Shown here: one piece after another, positions 1-8,279 of the stretch | Layout of the letters: every line of letters begins with the position of its first letter | Position numbering within the stretch: position 1 is the stretch's first letter | From: Candidatus Hodarchaeota archaeon | GTDB lineage: Archaea > Asgardarchaeota > Heimdallarchaeia > Hodarchaeales > Hodarchaeaceae | Assembly (NCBI GenBank): GCA_029856365.1 | Contig: JAHQWW010000084.1 | Span: forward strand, 1 to 15,919 | Length of the DNA: 15,919 nt | Direction of reading: 5' to 3' | Notes under the pieces: model-generated | Databases searched by the model: none | What the model was told of the DNA's origin: nothing | What the model saw: the letters and a program-made list of their open reading frames with translations, nothing else | Made by a program: the position numbers and the translations under genes

Positions 1-3000
1 AGTGTTCGGGCAACAGTTGTTGTCCAAGTAAAATTCGAACTATCTACTGCATCAATAGAGTACCAATAGTCAGTAGCATCCCCTGAAAGTGTTACTGTTA
101 TGGTACTCATTGTATAAGTTGTTGCCATTAGTGAGTCAATATTCACTGTTGGTGGAGTCGTATCAAGGGTGAAGGTGACAGTTGTAAGTGCTTCGTTCCC
201 AACAGAGTCATTACCATGTGCATGTAGAATATAGGTACCATCGGAGAGTGTTCGCTCAACGAGTGCTGTCCAAGGGATATAAGAGTTATCAATCCCCAAA
301 ATATAGTACCAATAGTTATCTGCATCTCCTGTAAGCATAATAGTTATTGTACTTTTCGTGTAGGTTATTGCTATTGGTGAATCGATATTTACTGTTGGGG
401 GCGTGGTATCGATTGTGAATGTGACAATAATATGCTGTTCATTGCCAACCGTGTCATTTCCATAAGCATGTATTGTGAAAGAACCATCTATCATAGTACA
501 GTCATCATTCTCAGTCCAAGTAATGTTCGAGCTGTCAACATTTTGGATATAATACCAGTAGTGGTCTGCGTCTCCCGAAAGTGTTACAGTTATTGTACTA
601 GTCGTGTAAATAGTCGTAGTTGGTGAATCGATATTTACTATTGGAGGTGTGGTATCGATTGTGAAGGTGACTGTGACATGTTGCTCGTTTCCTACCGTAT
701 CATTCCCGTAAGCGTGTAAAGAGTACGTATTATCGCTTAAAGTTCGATCTATAGAAGTTATCCAAGTTTTATTGTTTGAATCTATTCCCTGGATGTAATA
801 CCAATAGTGTACCGCATCCCCTGAAAGGGTTACAGTTATTGTACTGGTTGGATACGTTATTGCTGCGGGTGAATCTATGTTTACTGTTGGTGGTGTTGTA
901 TCAATTGTAAATATCACTGTTACATGTTGTTCATTACCCACTGAATCATTACCATACGCATGTAGTGTGTAAGTCCCATCGGAGAGTATTCTTTCAAGGC
1001 TTGTGGTCCAGGTATTGTTTGAACTATCTATGGTTTCAATAGAATACCAATAGTCAATAGCATCGCCTGAAATTGTAACAGATATAGTTTTGGTTGGATA
1101 AGTAGTCGCTATTGGAGAATCTATATTCACTGTTGGGGGTGTGGTATCGATTGTAAAGGTGACTGTGACATTATGTTCGTTTCCTACCGAATCATTTCCG
1201 TAAGCATGCAGTGTGTAAGTGTTGTCACTTAATGTTCGGTCTACAGAAGCTGTCCAAGTAAAATTGTTTGTGTCTGCTCCCTGAATATAGTACCAATAAT
1301 TATCAGCATCACCAGAAAGTGTGACAGGTATTGTACTGGTTGGATAGGTTATCGCTACTGGGGAATCAATGTTCACCGTTGGTGGAATAGTATCGATGGT
1401 AAATATCACTAAAGTGTGGGCTACATTCCCTACAGAATCATTACCAAAAGCATGCAATGTGTAAGTCTCATCACTTAGTATTCTACCCACATTCATCGTC
1501 CATGTACTATTAGAATCATCAATTCCCTGAATGTAATACCAATAGTGTATAGCGTCTCCCGAAATTGTGATAGTTATAGTACTAGTTCCATAAGTTGTAG
1601 TGGTTGGTGAATCGATGTTCACCGTTGGTGGAGTAGTATCAATGGTAAACGTAGCTGTTACATGCTGTTCATTGCCAACCGTGTCATTTCCATAGGCATG
1701 TAAAATGAAAGATCCATCTACTAAAGTACGATCTTCATTCGCGATCCAAGTAATGTTTGAACTGTCAACACTTTGGATGTAATACCAGTAGTGGTCTGCA
1801 TCTCCCGAGAATGATACAATTATTTTACTGGTTGCATAGATTATAGCTGTTGGTGAATCAATAATGATAGTCGGGGGAGTAGTATCTATTATGAACATTA
1901 CTATTACATGTTGTTCATTTCCAACAGAATCATTTCCATATCCATGCAGTGTGTAGGTACCATCTAGTAAGGTTCGGTCAATATTCGATGTCCAAGTAGT
2001 ATTGGAACTGTCAACTCCCTGAATGTAATACCAGTAGTTAGCTGCATCACCAGATAGTATAATAGTTATTGTTGAGGTAATATAGGTTATGGCTGTTGGC
2101 GAGTCAATATTTACCATTGGAGGGGTCGTATCAATTGCGAATGTCACTAACTCATGTTGTTCATTACCAACAGAATCATTCCCATAGGCATGTAGTCTAT
2201 AGATTCCATCTGATAGTGTTCTATCCTCGTTTGTGATCCAAGATCTATTCTTGGAGTCTACTCCTTGAATGTAGTACCAGTAGTGGTCTGGGTCTCCCGA
2301 GAGTGTAACGGTGATTGTACTTGTTGCATATGTTTCAGGCATTGGTGAGTCAATAATCACTGTTGGTGGGGTGGTATCAATTATGAATGCTACTGACACA
2401 TGTTGTTCATTACCCACTGAATCATTACCGTAAGCATGCAGTGTGTGGGTTCCATCGGGGATTGTTCGGTCAAAGTTTGCTGTCCAGGTGACGTTGGAGT
2501 CATCTATCCCCTGAATATGATACCAGTAGTTGTCTGCATCACCTGAGAGTGTTACGGTTATTGTACTGGTTACATAAGTTGTCGTGATTGGTGAATCGAT
2601 ATTCACTGTTGGTGGGGTGGTATCAATGGTAAAGGTAGCTGTTACATGTTGTTTATTTCCAATTGTGTCGTTTCCGTATGCATGTAAAGTGTAAGATCCG
2701 TCTACCAATGTACGGTCATCATTTGCAGTCCATGTAATGTTTGAACTATCAACATTCTGGATATAATACCAGTAGTGATCAGCATTTCCTGAGAGTGAGA
2801 CAATTATTGTACTAGTTGGATAAGCTGTAGCTGTTGGCGAATCGATATTCACTGTTGGAGGGGTGGTATCGATCGTAAAGGTGACTGACACATGTTGTTC
2901 ATTACCCACTGAATCATTACCGTAAGCATGCAGTGCGTGGGTTCCATCGGGGAGTGTTCGGTTAATGTTTGCTGTCCAAGTGATGTTGGAGTCATCAATC

Positions 3001-3596
3001 CCTTGAATATAATACCAGTAGTGCGTTGCGTCACCTGAAAGTGTCACAGTTATTGTACTTGTCGGATAGGTTATGACTGTTGGCGATCCAACATTAACTG
3101 TCGGTGGGGTTGTATCAATTGTGAAAGTCACTGACTCATGTTGTTTATTGTCAACTGAGTCATTACCATACGCATGTAACGTATATATGCCATCTGGTAG
3201 TGTTCTATCATCATTAGTAATCCAAGTAATATTGTTACTATCAATTCCTTGAATATAATACCAATAGTTAATTGCATCACCAGAGAGAATGATTGTTATA
3301 GTATTTGTGATATAAGTCATAGCTGTTGGTGAATTGATATTTACTGTTGGAGGTGTGGTATCAATAGTAAAGCTTACAGATCTATGTGTTTCATATTCAC
3401 TAGTATCATTCCCATATGCGTGTAGTGTATATGTGCCATCTGAAAGTGTTCGGCTAACGCTTGTGGTCCATGTGATGTTAGAACTATCCACATATTCAAT
3501 ATTATACCAATAATGAGACGCATTTCCAGATAAAGTGACTGTAATAGAATTAGTTGTGTAGATTGTATCTTTGGGTGAGTCAATCTTCAATATTGG
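1..3596 (-). repeat. Intragenic tandem array of 246-bp (82-aa) Ig-like domains: 14 complete units plus a partial 15th
   Basis: The YWY-encoding motif recurs at 61, 307, 553, 799, 1045, 1291, 1537, 1783, 2029, 2275, 2521, 2767, 3013, 3259 and 3505, an exact 246-bp spacing. Consensus is PTVNIDSPxxxTYxTSTITVTLSGDAxxYWYYIQGxDSSNxTWTxxxDRTLxDGTYTLHAYGNDSVGNEQHVxVTFTIDTTP. The DG.YTL.A...D..GN and IDTTPP motifs are typical of prokaryotic Ig-like (Big) domains. Confidence 0.95.
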
Positions 3597-5981
3597 ACCT
3601 TCTAGAGGTCTTGATGTAGAAGTTAAATTGAATGTTCCAGAACCAACATTTGTAAATGATGTTTTTACCACTAAATAATAAGTTCCACTCTTTTCTGGTG
3701 TATAAATGATTTTTTCATCTGTTCCAGGTTCAAAATTGGTTGTCTTCGCAGCTATTACAGGTTCTCCAAATTGGTTTGGGTCTGGTTCATATAAAAAAAG
3801 ATCAAAATCCGCTCCATCTGGAACAGCTATTTCAAAGCTATAATTTGTCCCTATAGCCAATGCTACATTTTGTACCCAAACCTTTCGTTTTCCTAATTCC
3901 GAAGATAGTGTGCCATTTGTCAATGTTCCAACACTATAAGTATTTTCGATGGCTTCAATAGCTGCATAAATATTTAACCTTCCATAACCCTCTACAGGAT
4001 CCTTCCCCCCTCTATCATCCGAATATATTTCGTTGGCAGTCATAAGGATCAATTGTTTTATTTTAAATGGATTAGCAGCTGATCCATAACCCTCTTTCCA
4101 AAAATCATACCCACCAATTGCTTGAATTAATAAAGCTAATGATCCAGAGACAAATGGACAAGACATCGATGTTCCTTGAATATTAGTGAAATCATTAGCA
4201 ATTTTATCGCTCCACGCAAAAGTTTTCGAGTCTGCATCATTACTATCAACTTGAAGGATGCCTCCCTGAACGTTTTCACCGCCAGGAGCAGCAATGTCTG
4301 GTTTTGTTGTATTAGAAACTTCACCTGGCCCTTCCGAAGAATAGGTTGTGATCTTGTCATAATCATCTGAAGCTGCGACAGTTATTACTCCATCAACTTG
4401 TCCAGGACTAAAAATTGAATTCGATCCCTGACCATAATTACCTGCAGATAATACTACTGTTACTCCAGAATTTACAAGAGCAGCTGCAGCAGAGTCGACT
4501 GACATGACTGTTTCACGAAAACTAAATGATCCAGACGCGATAGCGATATGATATGTCTCTTTATTATTTTTAATCCAGTTAAAAGCCTCGATTACTTCAA
4601 CTGACGTGCCATCGCCAGTTTTATCAAATATTTTTACTCCTACTAATTTCACATTTGGCGCTACACCTGTAAAACGGCTATGATTATCAAGTGGATCCGG
4701 ATATGGATACTTATTCACACCTGCAATATCTAATATTCCTCCGCTCAATCCCCAACTAACACCAAGCACCACTTTCCAATATCCAAAAGCATTTTCTGAA
4801 TAAACTGCATGATTCACGGTCATATTCGAGTTGCCTGATGTATCACTTGCGATCTCAGTTCCATTTGGAGCATATAACTCGAGATATGTCCCTTTTGCAT
4901 TTCTTTCACCTTGCCAAATATAATTGATGTCTATTATACCTGTTCGATTTACCCAGATTATATAAAAGAAAGAACCTGATTTTCCAAACTCTTCATGACT
5001 GTAACTCCATGTAGATACTATTCTCCCATCGTCATAACTGTCATTGTCTTCATTTGCAGCAACTATTCCTGCTACATGAGAACCATGGCCGATATAATCA
5101 TCTGGTGTCGCAGAACCATCAGTAGTTGCGTCATACCATCCAATAATCTTTTTTGACCAATCCTGATCTTCATATCCAGGTGAGAAAGCTTGATGTGAAT
5201 CATCGATACCGGTGTCAAGAATTGCCACCGCAAAATTAGGATCACCCGTATAATTCAACTCATCCCATACATGTGTTCGTACCATTGCTAAATGAGTAGA
5301 TACATCTGAATTTCTAATAGCGGGTAAATTCTCTTCTATTAATTCAATATTTGACCCAACTTGTTTAGATAACTCTTTTACTTTTGAACTGTCGATTTCT
5401 CCACTAAAACCATACACTATATCAGTAGGATCATCCCATATATGACGAATTACCCCTCCTAATTTCTCAAATAATGTCAAATCATCTTTAAACATGATAG
5501 TTTTTGTTGTAATAATTATGGATACGATCGGATTATTTTCAGAGCTTTTTCTTATGATCTTTTCTTCTAAACTGTCAGAAATGTGATTGGCATTCTTGTC
5601 TAACTGGTTAATTTGTTTATTTCTCATTTTTTCAATGTCAATAAGATTTTTCCGTTGCTCATCTTTGAATATTGATAAACTTGGTGAAGCTGATCGAATT
5701 TCAGGATTTGCTGATGCTTCGGAAGAAAAAGTAGGAATGGACACTAAATTTTCTTTTTTAGATGTGGATAAATTCTTTTCATTTTCTAGTTGGATTATAT
5801 ATCTATGAGTTTTATCTTTTTCTTTAGAAACAGCACCATTCACAGGATTAGCATAAATAGAGATAGTAAGAAGACCTATTAATATAGTAACAGTAATTAT
5901 GGATAGTAATTGCTCTTTTATGGCATAATATGTCGCTAAATTGTGATTATAGTAACTAGAATAGATAGTTCTAGTGGACAA
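1..5981 (-). CDS. Giant secreted S8 (subtilisin-family) serine protease with propeptide, PPC-like domains and a long Ig-like tandem-repeat stalk; 3' end runs off the window
   Basis: Manual translation gives one open frame from TTG at 5981 (two in-frame TGA immediately upstream) to the left edge, ~1993 codons. It is absent from the ORF track, presumably because no stop lies in the window. It has a hydrophobic signal/anchor (LLSIITVTILIGLLTISIYA) and an I9-like propeptide (LGGVIRHIWD..VYGFSGEI..IELIEEN). Catalytic motifs: AILDTG (Asp 5214-5216), GHGSHVAG (His 5085-5087), SAGN (oxyanion Asn 4437-4439), KPDIAAPG and QGTSMSCP (Ser 4167-4169). These are followed by EGYGRLN, a PPC-like domain (ADFDLFLY...SGTYYLVV, ~3620-3900) and the repeats. 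Confidence 0.95.
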   Translation of the reverse strand, partial: MSTRTIYSSYYNHNLATYYAIKEQLLSIITVTILIGLLTISIYANPVNGAVSKEKDKTHRYIIQLENEKNLSTSKKENLVSIPTFSSEASANPEIRSASPSLSIFKDEQRKNLIDIEKMRNKQINQLDKNANHISDSLEEKIIRKSSENNPIVSIIITTKTIMFKDDLTLFEKLGGVIRHIWDDPTDIVYGFSGEIDSSKVKELSKQVGSNIELIEENLPAIRNSDVSTHLAMVRTHVWDELNYTGDPNFAVAILDTGIDDSHQAFSPGYEDQDWSKKIIGWYDATTDGSATPDDYIGHGSHVAGIVAANEDNDSYDDGRIVSTWSYSHEEFGKSGSFFYIIWVNRTGIIDINYIWQGERNAKGTYLELYAPNGTEIASDTSGNSNMTVNHAVYSENAFGYWKVVLGVSWGLSGGILDIAGVNKYPYPDPLDNHSRFTGVAPNVKLVGVKIFDKTGDGTSVEVIEAFNWIKNNKETYHIAIASGSFSFRETVMSVDSAAAALVNSGVTVVLSAGNYGQGSNSIFSPGQVDGVITVAASDDYDKITTYSSEGPGEVSNTTKPDIAAPGGENVQGGILQVDSNDADSKTFAWSDKIANDFTNIQGTSMSCPFVSGSLALLIQAIGGYDFWKEGYGSAANPFKIKQLILMTANEIYSDDRGGKDPVEGYGRLNIYAAIEAIENTYSVGTLTNGTLSSELGKRKVWVQNVALAIGTNYSFEIAVPDGADFDLFLYEPDPNQFGEPVIAAKTTNFEPGTDEKIIYTPEKSGTYYLVVKTSFTNVGSGTFNLTSTSRPLEGPILKIDSPKDTIYTTNSITVTLSGNASHYWYNIEYVDSSNITWTTSVSRTLSDGTYTLHAYGNDTSEYETHRSVSFTIDTTPPTVNINSPTAMTYITNTITIILSGDAINYWYYIQGIDSNNITWITNDDRTLPDGIYTLHAYGNDSVDNKQHESVTFTIDTTPPTVNVGSPTVITYPTSTITVTLSGDATHYWYYIQGIDDSNITWTANINRTLPDGTHALHAYGNDSVGNEQHVSVTFTIDTTPPTVNIDSPTATAYPTSTIIVSLSGNADHYWYYIQNVDSSNITWTANDDRTLVDGSYTLHAYGNDTIGNKQHVTATFTIDTTPPTVNIDSPITTTYVTSTITVTLSGDADNYWYHIQGIDDSNVTWTANFDRTIPDGTHTLHAYGNDSVGNEQHVSVAFIIDTTPPTVIIDSPMPETYATSTITVTLSGDPDHYWYYIQGVDSKNRSWITNEDRTLSDGIYRLHAYGNDSVGNEQHELVTFAIDTTPPMVNIDSPTAITYITSTITIILSGDAANYWYYIQGVDSSNTTWTSNIDRTLLDGTYTLHGYGNDSVGNEQHVIVMFIIDTTPPTIIIDSPTAIIYATSKIIVSFSGDADHYWYYIQSVDSSNITWIANEDRTLVDGSFILHAYGNDTVGNEQHVTATFTIDTTPPTVNIDSPTTTTYGTSTITITISGDAIHYWYYIQGIDDSNSTWTMNVGRILSDETYTLHAFGNDSVGNVAHTLVIFTIDTIPPTVNIDSPVAITYPTSTIPVTLSGDADNYWYYIQGADTNNFTWTASVDRTLSDNTYTLHAYGNDSVGNEHNVTVTFTIDTTPPTVNIDSPIATTYPTKTISVTISGDAIDYWYSIETIDSSNNTWTTSLERILSDGTYTLHAYGNDSVGNEQHVTVIFTIDTTPPTVNIDSPAAITYPTSTITVTLSGDAVHYWYYIQGIDSNNKTWITSIDRTLSDNTYSLHAYGNDTVGNEQHVTVTFTIDTTPPIVNIDSPTTTIYTTSTITVTLSGDADHYWYYIQNVDSSNITWTENDDCTMIDGSFTIHAYGNDTVGNEQHIIVTFTIDTTPPTVNIDSPIAITYTKSTITIMLTGDADNYWYYILGIDNSYIPWTALVERTLSDGTYILHAHGNDSVGNEALTTVTFTLDTTPPTVNIDSLMATTYTMSTITVTLSGDATDYWYSIDAVDSSNFTWTTTVART

Positions 5982-5984
5982 TCA

Positions 5985-5993
5985 TCACGCCTC
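5985..5993 (-). promoter_or_regulatory. Putative Shine-Dalgarno-like element of the S8 protease gene
   Basis: GAGGCGTGA lies on the minus strand just upstream of TTG 5981 and resembles the archaeal GGAGGTGA consensus. Confidence 0.45.
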
Positions 5994-6449
5994 AAATTCA
6001 CCTAGTAGTACAATTAGTGTTATAACACACTTATATCCTATCCGCAGTAAAAAATTATATCTGGATTGTTTCTACTCTCTAAGAAATTAACATTATTAAA
6101 CTTATTATTTTCAGGTGCAAGTACGCGCATCTATTTTTCATAATGGGAGAGTTTCTTCAGATTTACCTCTTTTTAATCCTTATTTTGGATTTCTTGGGCA
6201 ACAATCATCGTAGCTTGTATTCTAGTCTCATTATGGCTCTTGATGAGGTTTATTAAAGTGTAAAAGATTTATGTCGGGTCTGAATGCTTTAATTTCTATG
6301 AAATAGCATTTTTTTATTGGAAGACGTTTTAATTTGCAGGTATGATTTGAAAACAAGAGTAAGAATACTTAGTATCATAAAATATTATCTACAGTAAATA
6401 AAAGGTTGAGGTACTATTTTATTAGTACTACATTTGATTAAATTTATAA

Positions 6450-6608
6450 ATGAAGAAAATTTTAATAATCAATGAAAAGAAAATGACAAATGAATCGAAC
6501 ATTCAGTCTGAGAAAGAGATCACAGATATCATTGAAATATTAGCATTTCTAAATTATGACGGTACAATAAGTTTATATAACGTGGATCTCGCAGAGGCGA
6601 TTCAATAA
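6450..6608 (+). CDS. Possible small hypothetical protein (52 aa; alternative start 6483 gives 41 aa)
   Basis: Translation is MKKILIINEKKMTNESNIQSEKEITDIIEILAFLNYDGTISLYNVDLAEAIQ*, below the ORF-track cutoff. It is preceded by TTTATAAA and followed by a hairpin. No recognisable domain. Confidence 0.35.
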   Translation: MKKILIINEKKMTNESNIQSEKEITDIIEILAFLNYDGTISLYNVDLAEAIQ

Positions 6609-6631
6609 CTAGTAAGATCAATTTTAGCGGT

Positions 6632-6669
6632 AGGAGGGAAGCCTGTTTTAAGGGATCACCTTCCCTCCT
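6632..6669. other. Stem-loop (inverted repeat); possible terminator or RNA element
   Basis: AGGAGGGAAG (6632-6641) is the perfect reverse complement of CTTCCCTCCT (6660-6669), with an 18-nt loop. It is GC-rich within an AT-rich spacer. Confidence 0.55.
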
Positions 6670-6863
6670 TATAAAATGAAATATCTATCTGAATTTTGAA
6701 GTTGGTTTTATACATACACCTCTGCTTGTTCTTATAAATGTGGATGAACAGGATCCTTTAAATCTTAAACTTATTTGGGATAATTTCTTTAGTTCACCTT
6801 ATTAATTCCAAGTTTGGTATCTAAGAGTAGTTTCATGCATTAATAATACTAAGATGATTAGAA

Positions 6864-7190
6864 ATGCTGGTTAATGAAAAAGAAGAAAAAAAACTTTTTC
6901 AAATTTCTGATGACATATCTGGCGAACTTGAACCCTATAATAATCCTTCTCAGTTGTTGAAGGAAGATTCTGTCTATGTTCTGTTGGATAATACTCTTAA
7001 GAAAATTTTTTTATGGATTGGACAATCAGCAGAGGTTCGTTCAAGATTTATTGCAGCTAATGCAGCTCAAAAATTGCAAAGAATCAAGGGTTTAACACAT
7101 CGAGTAATCACCATTGACCAAGGTGAAGAATCATTAGAATTTATCAAAGAGATTTCTCCAATGGTTCTCCCAGAGCAATTTCGTAAATAA
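6864..7190 (+). CDS. Single-domain gelsolin-like protein (Asgard ProGel-type candidate actin regulator)
   Basis: The 108-aa product carries gelsolin-repeat hallmarks: L.EDSVYVLLD, KIFLWIG, a long helix (EVRSRFIAANAAQKL) and the closing VITIDQGEESLEF motif. Confidence 0.88.
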   Translation: MLVNEKEEKKLFQISDDISGELEPYNNPSQLLKEDSVYVLLDNTLKKIFLWIGQSAEVRSRFIAANAAQKLQRIKGLTHRVITIDQGEESLEFIKEISPMVLPEQFRK

Positions 7191-7261
7191 TTCGTAATCT
7201 GAATTAAGTCGATGTCACCATTTTGGACTAATATTGACTTATGGCTTTTTATTCCCAAATC

Positions 7262-7942
7262 TCATATCAATGCATCAAAAAAAGTTATCGGACGTCCAGT
7301 TGGACTTCTTTTTTCTGAATATTGAACTGCAAACCCCTTTGTAATTAATCGTTGTAAACTATCATAAATTGTGCTACGTGGGACATTGGTTAATTGAACT
7401 AGTTCAGGCCGAGAAAGGGGGCCATATGCTTTCAAAACTTCGAATAGAATAAGATCCAAGTCATGAGTTAATGGTAGTCTCTCTTGAGTCTTCATTGAGT
7501 CTTTTTTGTTCGCTGTTGAATGTATTAATAGAATTTTAAGAAGTAGAGAATCATACTTAATCTCTAAAGATGCAAGTTTCTCCAGAGATTCTTTTTGAAT
7601 CATTGTAATGATTTTTGAAATAGGTGTTGTTTCTGGTAGTCCGAGAAGTTCACGTAGAGCTGTGATTTCATTATAAAGTTGATTCAGTTGGGTGAAATCT
7701 AGGGAGGAGATGTTTAATGATTTCCGAATCTCCTCTAGTTTTTGATAGAAGTGATAATGCTGTTTAATTGGGTATAATGATGGGAGTTCTAATTCATTTT
7801 GCATTTTTTTAAGGAGGAACCACGTTTTTTTTACTTCTTTTTTAGAAGCATTACTTTTTAGGCTTAATAGTCTTTGCAGCTCTTTTAGATTCTTGTTTTT
7901 TAGGGATTCCGTCTTTGAAGAAAAACTGCTATTATAAGTCAA
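7262..7942 (-). CDS. TrmB-like winged-HTH transcriptional regulator with C-terminal HTH and N-terminal helical repeats
   Basis: The C-terminal LFEVLKAYGPLSRPELVQLTNVPRSTIYDSLQRLITKGFA...GRP matches the TrmB DNA-binding pattern (VPRSxIYDxLxxL.xKG). No TrmB sugar-binding domain is present. TTG start. Confidence 0.85.
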   Translation of the reverse strand: MTYNSSFSSKTESLKNKNLKELQRLLSLKSNASKKEVKKTWFLLKKMQNELELPSLYPIKQHYHFYQKLEEIRKSLNISSLDFTQLNQLYNEITALRELLGLPETTPISKIITMIQKESLEKLASLEIKYDSLLLKILLIHSTANKKDSMKTQERLPLTHDLDLILFEVLKAYGPLSRPELVQLTNVPRSTIYDSLQRLITKGFAVQYSEKRSPTGRPITFFDALI

Positions 7943-8279
7943 GTCTTACCATCAACTATAAATTAAAGTGGCTGTTTACATTAAATTTAAGTATTGTCCT
8001 TAATTGAAACAGATTTTCGTACTCATCTTTCAATAGAAAATACCAATTAATAAAATGAAAAGTCCTATAAAAATGACAGAATTCAAAAAAAACTGACACT
8101 TTTGATTGTGTGGAATTCAATTAACACTTCTATTGATGAATAGAAGAACTAAGCATGAAGCGATAGATTCCGACAAAAATCTGTTAACTAATGTATTCAC
8201 TTTGAATTCTGTCTTTGAAGATTCAGAGTTCTCCTCTAACTCTATTGATAATAAAAAATTCTGATAATTCTTTGTAGAA

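Noticed and set aside
1-3596. CRISPR array or diversity-generating retroelement interpretation of the repeats
   Set aside because: The period is a multiple of 3, the repeats are coding and degenerate throughout, and there are no unique spacers. No cas or reverse transcriptase gene is in the window, and I saw no adenine-specific TR/VR pair.
143-5808. Short ORF-track entries at 143-325, 432-626, 2849-3034, 3374-3583, 4136-4366, 4176-4370 and 5587-5808
   Set aside because: All are off-frame or antisense shadows of the continuous S8 protease/Ig-repeat ORF. Their mutual similarity simply reflects the 246-bp repeat.
5955-5975. Inverted repeat ACTAGAA-N7-TTCTAGT at the start of the protease gene
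   Set aside because: It is a short AT-rich stem inside coding sequence and is compatible with chance.
6632-6669. Hairpin as a SECIS element or rRNA fragment
   Set aside because: The adjacent ORFs have no in-frame UGA, the inner stem does not fit the GAA/A SECIS geometry, and the 16S-like match is only about 10 nt with no flanking rRNA sequence.
7810-7890. DnaJ J-domain in the TrmB-like protein
   Set aside because: Only helices I-II resemble it, and the essential HPD motif is absent.
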